This document shows, piece by piece, positions 9,437-19,964 of a DNA stretch of 64,000 nt. The stretch is from Vicinamibacteria bacterium (GTDB lineage: Bacteria > Acidobacteriota > Vicinamibacteria > Marinacidobacterales > Marinacidobacteraceae). The notes below the pieces were generated by a model. That model had not been told where the DNA came from, searched no databases, and saw nothing but the letters and a program-made list of their open reading frames with translations. Each line of letters opens with the position of its first letter. The stretch's first letter is position 1. The DNA lies in contig OY821641.1 in the NCBI GenBank assembly GCA_963555995.3, positions 448,001-512,000 of the forward strand, given 5' to 3'. Position numbers and translations under genes: made by a program.

Positions 9437-9595
9437 TTGGAACGCCGGCTTCAGCCGGCACCGCGCGCCGAAGGCAGGCGGCGAGACGGACTTCATTCGC
9501 CGGGATGGCTCGGCTGCGCGCGCCCATGCACCTGGGGTAGCGACGCACCGCCCGCGCCCTGCGGGCCGCTGTGCCGGCTGAAGCCGGCGTTCCAA
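9437..9595. repeat. REP/REPIN-like element, family A, copy 1
   Basis: Perfect 25-bp terminal inverted repeats TTGGAACGCCGGCTTCAGCCGGCAC (9437-9461) and its complement (9571-9595); part of the interior resembles the copies at 42097 and 55782. Confidence 0.85.
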
Positions 9596-9709
9596 GCCGG
9601 CGGCGCCATCACGGCTTGTTGGCCGGCGGCTCCCAAGTTGGGTGAAGACCGCAGCGCCTCGCCTGGCTGATCGTGTGATCGGTATGCTGCGCTGAATGGG
9701 AGAGCATCC

Positions 9710-11335
9710 ATGGACCGAAGAGCATTCCTGAAGACCACCGCGGCCGGCGGGGCCGGCCTGACCGCGAACCTCGCGTGCGCTCCGCCCGGCTCCGAGACGC
9801 CATCGGGCGCCGGTGCGCAGGGCGAGGTTCCGGCGTTCGAGTTCGACGAGGTCACCGCCGCCGATCTTCAGCGGATGATGGAGTCGGGCGAGCACACCGC
9901 CCGTTCGATCACCGAGGCCTACCTCGGGCGTCTCGATGCTCTGGACCGGCAAGGTCCGGAACTGCGTTCGATGGTCGAGATCAACCCGGACGCGCTCGCG
10001 ATCGCGGACGAGCTGGATGCCGAGCGCGCCGCCGGCGGAGTTCGCGGGCCGCTGCACGGGATTCCCGTAGCGCTCAAGGACAACCTCGACACCCACGACC
10101 GGATGACCACCACGGCGGGATCGCTGGCGCTCGAGGGCTCCATCCCTCCGCAGGACTCCTTCGTGGCGGAGCGGCTGCGCGCTGCCGGCGCCATCCTCCT
10201 GGGCAAGCTCAACATGAGCGAGTGGGCCTACTTCCGGGGGGAGCGGGCGACCAGCGGCTGGAGCGCGCGGGGCGGCCAGTGCAAGAACCCCTACGCCCTG
10301 GACCGCAACCCGTGCGGGTCCAGTTCCGGCTCGGGAACGGCGGCCTCCGCGAACCTGTGCGCGCTGACCGTGGGCACCGAAACGGGCGGTTCCATCATGT
10401 GCCCCTCCTCCAGCAACGGCATCGTGGGCATCAAGCCCACGGTGGGGCTCTGGAGCCGCTCGGGCATCATCCCGATCTCGCACTCCCAGGACACCGCCGG
10501 TCCCATGACCCGCACCGTGCGCGACGCGGCCATCCTGCTCGGCAGTGCGGTGGGCGTGGACCCGCGCGACGAGGCCACCTCCGGTAGCGAGGGGAACTTC
10601 CACACCGACTACGCGCAGTTCTGCGACCCGGCGGGGCTCCAGGGGGCGCGCATCGGGGTGGCGCGCAGCTTCACCGGCTTCGATCCGCGGGTCACGGCGC
10701 TCTTCGACGACGCGATCCAGGCGATGGCGGACGCCGGAGCGGTGATCGTGGACCCCGCGAACCTCCCCGAGGCGGCGTGGAACGACGAGTTGCCGCTGCT
10801 CCTCCTCGAGTACGAGTTCAAGGCCGACCTGAACGCCTATCTCGCGACCCTGGGCCCGGACGCCCCGGTGGGCACCCTCGCGGAGATCATCGCGTTCAAC
10901 GAGGCGAACGCCGAGCTGGAAATGCCCCACTTCGGCCAGGAGCGCATGATCGCCTCCGAGGCCCGCGGTCCGCTGACCGACGAGGCGTACCTGAACGCAA
11001 AGCGAACCATCCAGCGCGCCAACCGGGAGGACGGGATTGACGCCCTCATGGACCAGCACGAGCTCGACGCCATCGTGGCGCCCACCCGCGACCTGCCGTG
11101 GGTCACCGACCACATCAAGGGCGACCGGCTGGACGGGGGCAGCAGCGCCGGACCGGCCGCCATCGCGGGCTACCCGGACATCAGCGTGCCGATGGGCTTC
11201 GTCTCCGGGCTGCCGGCGGGCGTGTCCTTCTTCGGGCGGGCGTGGAGCGAACCGGTGCTCATCCGCATCGCCTACGCCTACGAGCAGGCGACCCAGCAGC
11301 GCCGGGCGCCGACGTTCGCGCAGACGCTGGGATAG
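9710..11335 (+). CDS. Amidase (amidase-signature family), Tat-exported probable lipoprotein
   Basis: MDRRAFLK twin-arginine signal followed by LAC; LKDNL, CGSSSGS and GTETGGSI Ser-cisSer-Lys triad motifs. Confidence 0.92.
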   Translation: MDRRAFLKTTAAGGAGLTANLACAPPGSETPSGAGAQGEVPAFEFDEVTAADLQRMMESGEHTARSITEAYLGRLDALDRQGPELRSMVEINPDALAIADELDAERAAGGVRGPLHGIPVALKDNLDTHDRMTTTAGSLALEGSIPPQDSFVAERLRAAGAILLGKLNMSEWAYFRGERATSGWSARGGQCKNPYALDRNPCGSSSGSGTAASANLCALTVGTETGGSIMCPSSSNGIVGIKPTVGLWSRSGIIPISHSQDTAGPMTRTVRDAAILLGSAVGVDPRDEATSGSEGNFHTDYAQFCDPAGLQGARIGVARSFTGFDPRVTALFDDAIQAMADAGAVIVDPANLPEAAWNDELPLLLLEYEFKADLNAYLATLGPDAPVGTLAEIIAFNEANAELEMPHFGQERMIASEARGPLTDEAYLNAKRTIQRANREDGIDALMDQHELDAIVAPTRDLPWVTDHIKGDRLDGGSSAGPAAIAGYPDISVPMGFVSGLPAGVSFFGRAWSEPVLIRIAYAYEQATQQRRAPTFAQTLG

Positions 11336-11400
11336 CGACCCGCGTTCCTTTCGCGATCGCGGACACCGTTCGCCGCGTTCCTGACTTGGCATGGTGAGCG

Positions 11401-11556
11401 CCACATTGGAGCCTGGTGCGGCGAGCGATCACGCTGTTTGATGGTGAAAGGTTTGCGGACCTGGTGATTCAGCACGGAATCGCTGTGCGGAAGCGCACGG
11501 TCGAAGCGCCGGAGATGGACACCGAGTCACTGCGGCGCGAAGTGGAAGCCGAGTAG
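11401..11556 (+). pseudogene. C-terminal remnant of an Mrr-like restriction endonuclease
   Basis: From 11428: ITLFDGERFADLVIQHGIAVRKRTVEAPEMD...*, matching the Mrr I.LIDG..L..L.....IGV tail; the upstream EPGAA segment is in another frame. Confidence 0.55.
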
Positions 11557-11846
11557 TCGTTCTTCTCGCCAAGTCGCCCGCGGCGTCCTCGAAGGCGTAC
11601 GGGTCGTCGCTGCAGGTTGCCAGCCGGACGACTATTCGGGCCCTGAATGAGATTCATCCATGGCGTGAATAGATCTCCGCACTCTCTTCCTCATGGAGAC
11701 CGGCTTTCGGGCGAGCGAAGGCGCCCGAATTTCGGACAGTGTCCGCGCTCTCCTGAGTCTCGCTTTCCCGGAGGACGGACCTTCATCAGTCCCTCAGAGT
11801 GGTGGTAGGGGGAGGGACCGGAACTCGTGGTCCCTTGGGCCACGCC

Positions 11847-11869
11847 GTGCCGGCTGAAGCCGGCGTTCC
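11847..11869. repeat. Solo REP unit, family A
   Basis: GTGCCGGCTGAAGCCGGCGTTCC, identical to the family A right end; no partner seen nearby. Confidence 0.75.
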
Positions 11870-11926
11870 CTTGCCGCCGCGCCGCCCGACTCGTCGGGGG
11901 CGCCAGACGAGAACTGCTCTGACTGT

Positions 11927-14089
11927 CTACGGTCCCTCTTCCCCGTAGGTCATGCCGAGCTGCATCATGAGGAAGGCGGTGTCCATGGCCCGGTCCGGGA
12001 CGCGGCTGCGTCCGCCGGCGTGGCCCGCGCGCGGGCGGTAGCGGAGGATGACCGGCAGCCCTGACGTGGAGGCGGCCTGCACGCGCGCCGCCATCTTGCG
12101 GCCCTGGAGGGGCGGCACCCGGGTGTCGAGGTCGCCCTGGGTGAACATGACTGCCGGGTAGTCGGTCCCGTCCTCGACCGCCTGGTAGGGCGAGTACTGC
12201 CGCAGGAACTCGAACTGCTCGGGGACGCCGCCGTTCCCGTATTCCAGCAGGGCCGGCATGTTGTTCGTCTCGGTGAAGGTGTAGAAGCGGACCATGTCGA
12301 GGTCGGGGAAGCCGCAGTAGACCGCGCGGTAGAGCTCGGGCCGCTGGGTGAAGGAGCTGGCCACCAGCAGGCCGCCGTTGCTCCCTCCCATGATCGCGAG
12401 CCGGTCCGGGTTCGTGTAGCCGTTCTCGATGAGCCATTCGGCCGAAGCGATGAAGTCGTCGAAGACGTTCTGCTTGTTCTCCAGCATCCCGTCCCGGTGC
12501 CAGTCTTCGCCGAACTCGCTCCCGCCCCGCAGCGTCGCCACCGCGAAGACGCCCCCGGCTTCCACCCAGACCGCCGCCTGCGCCCGGAAGGACGGGGTGA
12601 CGCTGACGTTGAAGCCGCCGTAGCCGTGGAGCAGGGTGGGGAGGTTGCCGTCGAGTTCCGCTCCGCGCGGCCGCACGATGTACATCGGCGCCTCGGTCCC
12701 GTCCTTCGAGGTGTACCAGACCTGTTCCACGAGCACGTCGCTGCCGTCGTACTCGGGACGGGGCGGCTCGATGAGCTCCCGCTCCCAGGTTTCGAGATCG
12801 AGCCGGTAGCGGGTCTGGGGGACGGTGAATGAAGACAGGGTGAGCATCGCCCCGTCCTCGCCCAGCTTGCTGAGGCTGGCGGTGTGGTAGTCGGGCAGGG
12901 GGATTTCGTCCACCGGCTCCAGCGCCGCTCCGTCCCCCGCTTCGAACACGAGGATGCGGGAGGCGACGTTCGCCAGCAGCTCCACATAGGTCCGGTCTCC
13001 GATGGTGGTGTAGCCGCGGAGCAGGTGCTCCTGCTCGGGGATCCAGTCGGTCCACCGGGAGCGGTCCGACCAGCGGGACGGGTGCACACCCTCCGTGGGG
13101 ACCGCGACCACCCGGTAGTTGGAGGCGTCGAGGTCGGTGGTGAGGAGCAACCGGCCCTCCTCGCTGCGGGCGGTGACGTGGGCGCGTTCGCCCTCGATGA
13201 CGGGGTGGATCTCGCCGCTCGCCCGGTCCATGACGAAGACGTCGTTCCGCATCCAGCCGTGCTGGACGCCGAGGAGCAGCAGGCGGCCGTCCTCGATCTC
13301 CTCGAGCCGGAGGAAGGTCTCCGGGCCGTAGCCCGCGCCGAAGATCTCCTCGTCCTCGCTCATCTCGGTCCCGATCCGGTGGTAGCGGGCCCGCGGGCCG
13401 TCCTGCCGCGACCGGTGGACGTAGTAGAAGCCCTCGCCCTCGCCGTCGAAGGCGATGGTCCCGTAGAGCGCCTCGGGCAGCCGGTCGGGCCGGTCCTCCA
13501 GCGTTTCGAGGTCGAAGAGGCGGACCATGATCTCGTCGAGCCCGCCGTCCCGGATCCGGTAGAGGAGGAGCTTCCCGTCGGGCGAGATGTCCACGATGTC
13601 CACGCTCGCCCAGTCGTCGAACCCGAGCGCCTGGGCGTCGAGGAGGAGCTCGTAGTCCCCGTCGGGATCAGGGCGTTTCCCGGTGGGCTCGCCCTCGGGC
13701 TTTTGCCGCCGGACGATGCGCGCCTGGAGCTCGCCGGGGCGCCGCAAGGTGAAGAGTTCGTAATCACCGGCTTCCCGCGGCGCCGAGACCTGCGCGACCT
13801 CCATGAGTTCCGTCAGGCGGGCCGCGATCCGGCCCTCGAGCGCGGTGTCCGAGACGATCTGCCGGGCGTACTCGTTCTGGGCGTCAATCCACGCCCGGGT
13901 CTCGGGGCTGTCCTGGTCCTCGAGCCACCGGTATGGATCGGGGATCTCGACCCCGTGGATCGTGTCGGTGACCACCTCCACGCGGGTCTCCGGCGGCGGC
14001 GGCCAGTCGGGGGCGCATCCCGGAGCGAGCAGGACGGCGGTCGCCAGGACTGCCGGAAGACGCAGGGAAACGGGAACGGTCAGGCGCAT
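11927..14089 (-). CDS. Prolyl oligopeptidase (S9A), lipoprotein
   Basis: DPYRWLED, YGGFN, GGSNGGLL nucleophile, DTRV and AGH triad residues; APGC lipobox. Confidence 0.95.
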   Translation of the reverse strand: MRLTVPVSLRLPAVLATAVLLAPGCAPDWPPPPETRVEVVTDTIHGVEIPDPYRWLEDQDSPETRAWIDAQNEYARQIVSDTALEGRIAARLTELMEVAQVSAPREAGDYELFTLRRPGELQARIVRRQKPEGEPTGKRPDPDGDYELLLDAQALGFDDWASVDIVDISPDGKLLLYRIRDGGLDEIMVRLFDLETLEDRPDRLPEALYGTIAFDGEGEGFYYVHRSRQDGPRARYHRIGTEMSEDEEIFGAGYGPETFLRLEEIEDGRLLLLGVQHGWMRNDVFVMDRASGEIHPVIEGERAHVTARSEEGRLLLTTDLDASNYRVVAVPTEGVHPSRWSDRSRWTDWIPEQEHLLRGYTTIGDRTYVELLANVASRILVFEAGDGAALEPVDEIPLPDYHTASLSKLGEDGAMLTLSSFTVPQTRYRLDLETWERELIEPPRPEYDGSDVLVEQVWYTSKDGTEAPMYIVRPRGAELDGNLPTLLHGYGGFNVSVTPSFRAQAAVWVEAGGVFAVATLRGGSEFGEDWHRDGMLENKQNVFDDFIASAEWLIENGYTNPDRLAIMGGSNGGLLVASSFTQRPELYRAVYCGFPDLDMVRFYTFTETNNMPALLEYGNGGVPEQFEFLRQYSPYQAVEDGTDYPAVMFTQGDLDTRVPPLQGRKMAARVQAASTSGLPVILRYRPRAGHAGGRSRVPDRAMDTAFLMMQLGMTYGEEGP

Positions 14090-14135
14090 GGCGATCCTCC
14101 GATGGCAGGCTCTTGCCGTAATCTACCGGGTCGCC

Positions 14136-14699
14136 GTGCCGTTCCGCCTGCCTCCCGACCTGGTCCTCGACCCCGAACGCGGATTCCGCATCTACGAAGG
14201 GGTGGTCGCGCCCGACTGGACCGACCGGAACGGCCACATGAACGTCGTGTACTACCGGCGGGCCTTCGATCAGGCGACCCAGCACATGCTGAGCCGCATC
14301 GGACTCTGGGACAACGACAACGACCACGGGTCCACCTTCGCACTCGAGGACCACGTCACCTACCAGCACGAGCTGCATCCAGGCCGCGCGTTCTTCGTCA
14401 GCTACCAGCTCCTCGACTTCAACGAGAAGCTGATCCACGCCTTCCTCCGCCTCTTCGGGGAGCCGGAGTCGGATGGCGGCGAACCGGTGCTCGCCGCCAC
14501 CTGCGAGCACATCGGCGTCTACGTGGACATGCGCACGCGCCGCTCCGCGCCGATGCCAGCGGAATACTGCGCTCTCCTCGAGGAGATCTCCCGCCGGCTG
14601 GAAGTGATGCCGGAGCCCCGCGAAAAGGGCCGGGTCATCGGCATCCGCCGCCGCGCCTCCTCAAAGTCCATTCACCGCCGGATACCGGTAGGCGTTTGA
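14136..14699 (+). CDS. Hot-dog-fold acyl-CoA thioesterase (4HBT-like)
   Basis: DWTDRNGHMNVVYY motif; likely GTG start at 14136 within ORF 13803..14699. Confidence 0.8.
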   Translation: MPFRLPPDLVLDPERGFRIYEGVVAPDWTDRNGHMNVVYYRRAFDQATQHMLSRIGLWDNDNDHGSTFALEDHVTYQHELHPGRAFFVSYQLLDFNEKLIHAFLRLFGEPESDGGEPVLAATCEHIGVYVDMRTRRSAPMPAEYCALLEEISRRLEVMPEPREKGRVIGIRRRASSKSIHRRIPVGV

Positions 14700-14736
14700 A
14701 ATCAACCACCCACACCCAGAAACTAAGGAGTCCCTC

Positions 14737-15243
14737 ATGAAGACCCGTGTTCTCGGCGGCGTCGTTGCCGCCGCCCTTCTTCTCACCGTTTCGACAGCCT
14801 TCGCCCAGAGCCCGCGGGGAACCGCCGAGGCGACGGTGGGCGCCGCCGCCGTCTCGATCGAGTACGGCCGTCCGAGCCTGCAAGGGCGCGACATGCTGGG
14901 CCAGGCCACCGACGGGATGGTGTGGCGGCTCGGCGCCGACGCCTCCACCACCCTGACCACCAGCGGCGACCTGGACTTCGGCGGGACGAAGATCGCGGCC
15001 GGTTCCTACAGCCTCTTCGCGAAGAAGATGGGCGACGGCTGGACGCTGCTCGTGAACTCCCGGACGGGGCAGTGGGGCACCGAGCACGACGCCTCGCTGG
15101 ACATCGCCGAGATCCCGCTCATGGTCCACGGCGGCGAAGCCCGCGAACAGTTCACGGTCGTTCTCCACGGACAGGGCAGCAACGGCATGCTCCACTTCGA
15201 GTGGGGTGAGACCGTCCTCATGGCCATGTTCAAGGCCGAATAG
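14737..15243 (+). CDS. DUF2911 secreted protein
   Basis: Signal peptide; SPR...IEYGRPSLQGR...VWRLGADAST...GSYSLF...QWGT motifs; AGGAG RBS. Confidence 0.88.
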   Translation: MKTRVLGGVVAAALLLTVSTAFAQSPRGTAEATVGAAAVSIEYGRPSLQGRDMLGQATDGMVWRLGADASTTLTTSGDLDFGGTKIAAGSYSLFAKKMGDGWTLLVNSRTGQWGTEHDASLDIAEIPLMVHGGEAREQFTVVLHGQGSNGMLHFEWGETVLMAMFKAE

Positions 15244-15279
15244 GAGGCGGGACCGCCACGGACCTGACACTTTCCGAAC

Positions 15280-15303
15280 CGGCCCGGCCACGCGGCCGGG
15301 CCG
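15280..15303. terminator. GC-rich hairpin between DUF2911 and the TonB receptor
   Basis: CGGCCCGGCC-ACGC-GGCCGGGCCG perfect 10-bp stem; weak U-tract. Confidence 0.4.
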
Positions 15304-15341
15304 CACTCCGTTGTTTCATTCCACCAGGAGGAATCGCCGAA

Positions 15342-18269
15342 ATGGCCACCACGACGAGATACAGCAGCCCAGCGCGCCGCAGGAGGTGCTGGAGAGCCTG
15401 TATCTGTTCGGGGGTGGCCGTCATGGCGGCTGCCCTCCTCCTCGCAACGCCGGCCCTCGCCCAGTACGGGCAGATCGAGGGGCAGGTCGTGGACTCGACC
15501 GGGGCCGTCCTTCCGGGCGCCACCGTGACGGCGGTGAACGAGGACACCGGGGTCTCCCGGAGTTCCACCTCCGACGCGACCGGCGACTACCGCCTGCCGG
15601 CGCTGCTGCCGGGGCCCTACACCATCCGGGCCGAACTCTCCGGCTTCCAGACGGTGGAGACCACCGGCGTGATCCTGACGATCCAGCAGACGATCGTCAT
15701 GAACCAGGAGCTGGCGCTCGCCCAGGTCGAGGAAACCGTGACCGTCACGGGAACCGCGCCGTTGCTCGACACGCGGCGTTCGGACATCTCCACTTCGGTC
15801 TCCGATCTCCAGATCCAGGACCTCCCGGTGGCCTCCCGCCGCTGGGTGGACCTCGCGCTGCTGACGCCCGGCACCAGCCAGGACGCGATCCGCGGCTACT
15901 ACTACCGCGGCAACGTGAACATGGGGGCCGGCGGCCGCTACTACGCGAACGCCTTCATCGTGGACGGGGTGAACAACACCTGGGCCGAGATGGGCGAGGC
16001 GCGGCAGAACTTCCCGATGGACGCCATCGGCGAGTTCCAGGTCACGACGAGCAACTTCAAGGCCGAGTACGGGCTCGCCACCGGCGGGCTCATGACGGTT
16101 TCTACGAAGACCGGAACGAACAACTTCGCGGGCAGCGCCTTCTGGTTCTTCCGGGACAAGGCGCTCACCGAACTCACGCACCAGCAGAAGGAATTCCAGG
16201 AGAACGACCCGAGCTTCGAGAAGCCCGAGTACCGCCGGCACCAGTTCGGCGGTTCCTTCGGCGGCCCTATCGTGGAGGATCGCACCCACTTCTTCTTCGC
16301 CTACGAGCGGACGAACGAGGAGCTCTTCTACGACATTGATACCCGGGGTGTCTTCCCCGAGTTCGACGGAACCTTCCCGAAGGACGAATGGCGCTACATG
16401 TGGCTCGCCCGTTTGAGCCACCAGGTCAACGAGGACCATTCCGTCTGGTTGCGGGTGGCGTGGGAAAACGAGTACCGGCCCAACCTGAACGCGCGGGGGA
16501 TCACCACCGAGGGGTTCGACTTCGCGGTGCCGCGGAACGCGGAGGTGTTCGGGGTGACTTCGGTGACCAGCCAGAACTCACTGAACGAGTTCCGCTTCCA
16601 GCGGGCCTTCTCGAAGTACGAAGTGAGCCCGGCGTTCAGCCACGGCTCGTTCGACGCCGGAGACTTCAGTCCCGAGCGGATTGCGCTCTGCGATGTGCAG
16701 ATCCGGCGACCCGACCTGCGGACCGGGTCCTGCAACGACCAGATGGGCCCCGAGACGCGCTGGCAGTTCAAGGACGACTTCACCCTGTTCACCCAGGGAT
16801 TGGGGGGAGACAACCAGGTCAAGCTGGGCGTGGACTACAACTACATCGAGTTCAAGGCCGACAGCGTCGGCAACTACTCCGGGCGTTGGACGTTCGACAC
16901 GAACGAACCCTTCAACCCGGAAGACCGGGCCACCTATCCGATCCAGTACACCCAGACCCAGCCACGTTTCGACGACGTGCCGGTGCATCACTTCTCGGTG
17001 TACGCGCAGGACGACTGGAGCAGTGATCGGCTGACTCTCAACCTCGGGCTTCGCTACGACCTGCAGGTGGGGACCTTCAACGAAGACATCCGCGACATCA
17101 ATTTCCCCTTGCCGATCCCCTGGCACGATGGCGCCGATGCCCGTGGCGACGGCAACAACTGGGGGCCGCGGGTCGGGTTCGTGTACGACCTCTCCGGTGA
17201 CGGCACCGGCCGGACCACGGTGAAGGGCGGCTACGGCAAGTTCTTCGAGAACATCCGCACACTCACCAACTTCGGCGAGCGCTGGTGGCACCAGGGACAG
17301 ACGATCATCATCAACGATCCGGACTACCCGGATCCGTTCCCCGGCCGGTCCCGCGAGGAGTTCCTCTCCACGGCGCCGCCGAACATCACGCTCCTGGACA
17401 ACAACTACGAGCAGCCCTACGCCCACCACTTCAACCTGGGGCTCGCCCACCAGCTCCGGGACGACATGGCGCTCTCGCTCGACCTGACCCGGGTGGCGAC
17501 CCGCGCCGACGCGATGCGGAACGTGAACATCAACTACCCGGTGGACGGCGTGCGGCCGTGGCCGCAGTTCAACCGGGTGAACACGTCCTACTCGGTGCTC
17601 GACCACGACTACCAGGCGTTCTACGCCAAGTTCGAGAAGCGCTACGCGGACGGCTGGCAGTTCCTGGTCAGCTACACGCTCGCCAAGACCGAATCCACCT
17701 CACTGTGGACGCGGAGCATTGAACCTTCCGGGTGGGAGGCCGAGTTCCCCGGATATACCCGGGTCACCACTCCCGGCGGCACCGACCGCCGCCACCGGTT
17801 GGTGAGCAGCGCCATCATCGTGCTGCCGTTCGATATTCGCCTTTCCACGATCGTTGACTACCGCTCGCCGCTCGCAGTGCTCGTGACCTCGGGAACGAAC
17901 ATCAACGGCGATGGGTATTCCGGTGACCTGGCACCCGGGTTCAACGCGTCGAACACCTATGGCTGCCGCAACCTGGACCTGGGTCTCGCCAATGCCTACC
18001 GCCAGGACCAGGGCCGCACTCCGGTGACCGACTTCGCCTGCTCGAACTTCCTGAACTTCGACTTCCGGGCTTCGAAGAACTTCTACCTGAGCGGGACCCA
18101 CGGATTCGAGCTGGTGTTCCAGGTGCTGAACGCCTTCGACCGGGCCAACTTCGGGAACGCGAACAGCAACCTGCGCTCCGGCGCCTTCGGTGACAACGAA
18201 GGTTCGCTGGCGGGCAACATCAACGCCCCCTCCCGCCAGATGGAGCTGGCCATCCGCTACTCCTTCTAG
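15342..18269 (+). CDS. TonB-dependent receptor, Oar-like, with carboxypeptidase-regulatory N-domain
   Basis: GQVVDSTGAVLPGATVT, EFQVTTSNFKAEYG, YAQDDW...LTLNLGLRYD, C-terminal RQMELAIRYSF; AGGAGG RBS. Confidence 0.93.
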   Translation: MATTTRYSSPARRRRCWRACICSGVAVMAAALLLATPALAQYGQIEGQVVDSTGAVLPGATVTAVNEDTGVSRSSTSDATGDYRLPALLPGPYTIRAELSGFQTVETTGVILTIQQTIVMNQELALAQVEETVTVTGTAPLLDTRRSDISTSVSDLQIQDLPVASRRWVDLALLTPGTSQDAIRGYYYRGNVNMGAGGRYYANAFIVDGVNNTWAEMGEARQNFPMDAIGEFQVTTSNFKAEYGLATGGLMTVSTKTGTNNFAGSAFWFFRDKALTELTHQQKEFQENDPSFEKPEYRRHQFGGSFGGPIVEDRTHFFFAYERTNEELFYDIDTRGVFPEFDGTFPKDEWRYMWLARLSHQVNEDHSVWLRVAWENEYRPNLNARGITTEGFDFAVPRNAEVFGVTSVTSQNSLNEFRFQRAFSKYEVSPAFSHGSFDAGDFSPERIALCDVQIRRPDLRTGSCNDQMGPETRWQFKDDFTLFTQGLGGDNQVKLGVDYNYIEFKADSVGNYSGRWTFDTNEPFNPEDRATYPIQYTQTQPRFDDVPVHHFSVYAQDDWSSDRLTLNLGLRYDLQVGTFNEDIRDINFPLPIPWHDGADARGDGNNWGPRVGFVYDLSGDGTGRTTVKGGYGKFFENIRTLTNFGERWWHQGQTIIINDPDYPDPFPGRSREEFLSTAPPNITLLDNNYEQPYAHHFNLGLAHQLRDDMALSLDLTRVATRADAMRNVNINYPVDGVRPWPQFNRVNTSYSVLDHDYQAFYAKFEKRYADGWQFLVSYTLAKTESTSLWTRSIEPSGWEAEFPGYTRVTTPGGTDRRHRLVSSAIIVLPFDIRLSTIVDYRSPLAVLVTSGTNINGDGYSGDLAPGFNASNTYGCRNLDLGLANAYRQDQGRTPVTDFACSNFLNFDFRASKNFYLSGTHGFELVFQVLNAFDRANFGNANSNLRSGAFGDNEGSLAGNINAPSRQMELAIRYSF

Positions 18270-18285
18270 CCGGCAGCAACTCCCC

Positions 18286-18313
18286 CCGGGCAGGGACTTC
18301 GGTCCCTGCCCGG
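18286..18313. terminator. Hairpin with cUUCGg tetraloop between convergent genes
   Basis: CCGGGCAGGGAC-TTCG-GTCCCTGCCCGG, 12-bp perfect stem just after the TBDR stop. Confidence 0.65.
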
Positions 18314-18577
18314 TCAGGGATGGAGCGCCGAGGGAGCGCCGGTGTTCACACCGGCACCGCGGCCCGCAGGGCCGCGAAGCGCGCAACGGCCGATCCGCCC
18401 CGAGGCGCGCCCCCCGCTCAGGTCGCCTGACGGCGCAGCGCCCACCAGGTCACGAACCCCGACGTCGCGAGGCTCAGCAACCCACCGATCAGGATGTCGA
18501 TGGGAATGAGCGCCGCCGGCCAGTTGGCGATGCTGATGAAGGTGGGCACGATGTAGGTGGCGTAGGCCGCCGAGCCC

Positions 18578-19964
18578 GAGCTATGTCCGAAAGTGGGTGA
18601 CGGCTGAGAAGGGGGTGGCGTATCGTGGGGGTTGCTGACCTTCCACATCTCCAAGGAGGAGTGATACGCCATGAAGGAGAGTACTGTTGTTCGCCTTCCC
18701 TCGCCAGAGGGGGTTGAGGACCCGCTGACGGAGGTTCTTCGAGCGGGCGCCCGCGAGTTGGTGCGGCACGCCGTGGAGGCGGAGGTGGCTGCCCTGCTGG
18801 CGGCGTACGAGGATCATCGGACGGCAACCGGAGTTCGGCGTCTGGTGCGTCACGGCCACGGCCCGGAGCGGACGATCCTGACGGGGATCGGGCCGGTTCC
18901 GGTGCGGCGGCCGAAGGTCCGGGATCGCGGGGACAGCGGGGAGGACCGGATTCGGTTCTCGTCGAGGCTTCTGCCGCGGTTCGCGCGGCGGACGCGCTCG
19001 CTGGACGCGGCGCTGCCGACGCTGTATCTGCTGGGGGTTTCGAGCGGGGACTTCGGGGAGGCGCTGTCGGAGCTGTTGGGCTCGGGGGCATCGGGGCTGT
19101 CGCCGGGGGTGATCGGCCGGCTGAAGTCGGCATGGGAGGCGGAGCACGAGCGCTGGCGGGGGCGGGATCTCTCGGGTCGGCGGTATGTCTACGTCTGGGC
19201 GGACGGGATCTACCTGCAGGGCCGGCTGGAAGACGAGAAGCAGTGCGTTCTGGTGCTCATCGGCGCCACCCCGGAGGGCAAGAAGGAACTGTTGGGGTTC
19301 CAGGCCGGGTTCCGGGAGAGCGCCCAGAGTTGGCGGGAGCTACTGGTGGACCTGCGTGGGCGCGGCCTCGAAGTCTCCCCGGAGCTGGCGATCGGGGATG
19401 GTGCGCTGGGCTTCTGGAAGGCGCTGGACGAGGTCTTCCCCAAGACCCGCCGGCAGCGCTGCTGGGTCCACAAGACGGCGAACGTGCTGAACAAGTTGCC
19501 CAAGTCCCGGCAACGCAACGCGAAGCAGGACCTCCACCAGATCTGGATGGCGGAGAGCCGCAAGAAGGCGGAGAAGGCGCTCGACACCTTCGCCGCCAAA
19601 TACCAGGCGAAATACGGGGAAGCCGTTCGTTGCCTGACCAAGGACCAGGAGGCGCTGCTCGCGTTCTACGACTTCCCCGCCGAGCACTGGCAGCACATCC
19701 GCACCACCAACCCCATCGAGAGCGTGTTCGCCACCGTCCGCCATCGCACCGTTCGCAGCAAGGGATGCCTCTCCCACCGAACCGCGCTGGCGATGGTCTT
19801 CAAGCTGGTCACCGCCGCCAGCGAAACCTGGCGTCGGCTCAACGGCTACGACAAACTGACCCAGGTCATCGAGGGCGTCCAGTTCACCGACGGCATCCAG
19901 GCCGACGAAACCGAAACCCGCGCCGCCGCCTGATCATGCCGTCACCCACTTTCGGACATAGCTC
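18578..19964 (+). mobile_element. IS256-family insertion sequence, 1387 bp, intact
   Basis: Perfect 27-bp terminal IRs GAGCTATGTCCGAAAGTGGGTGACGGC; 9-bp direct target duplication GCCGAGCCC (18569-18577, 19965-19973). Confidence 0.96.
18671..19933 (+). CDS. IS256-family DDE transposase
   Basis: YVWADGIY, AIGDGALGFW, QRCWVHK, IRTTNPIES motifs; 420 aa. Confidence 0.96.
   Translation: MKESTVVRLPSPEGVEDPLTEVLRAGARELVRHAVEAEVAALLAAYEDHRTATGVRRLVRHGHGPERTILTGIGPVPVRRPKVRDRGDSGEDRIRFSSRLLPRFARRTRSLDAALPTLYLLGVSSGDFGEALSELLGSGASGLSPGVIGRLKSAWEAEHERWRGRDLSGRRYVYVWADGIYLQGRLEDEKQCVLVLIGATPEGKKELLGFQAGFRESAQSWRELLVDLRGRGLEVSPELAIGDGALGFWKALDEVFPKTRRQRCWVHKTANVLNKLPKSRQRNAKQDLHQIWMAESRKKAEKALDTFAAKYQAKYGEAVRCLTKDQEALLAFYDFPAEHWQHIRTTNPIESVFATVRHRTVRSKGCLSHRTALAMVFKLVTAASETWRRLNGYDKLTQVIEGVQFTDGIQADETETRAAA

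Noticed and set aside
8675-11404. 909-aa minus-strand ORF
   Set aside because: Antisense shadow of the amidase running through a repeat; no motifs; expected in high-GC DNA.
11560-11920. Possible further gene remnant (METGFRASEGARISDSVRALLSLAFPED)
   Set aside because: Too short and not assignable to a family by eye.
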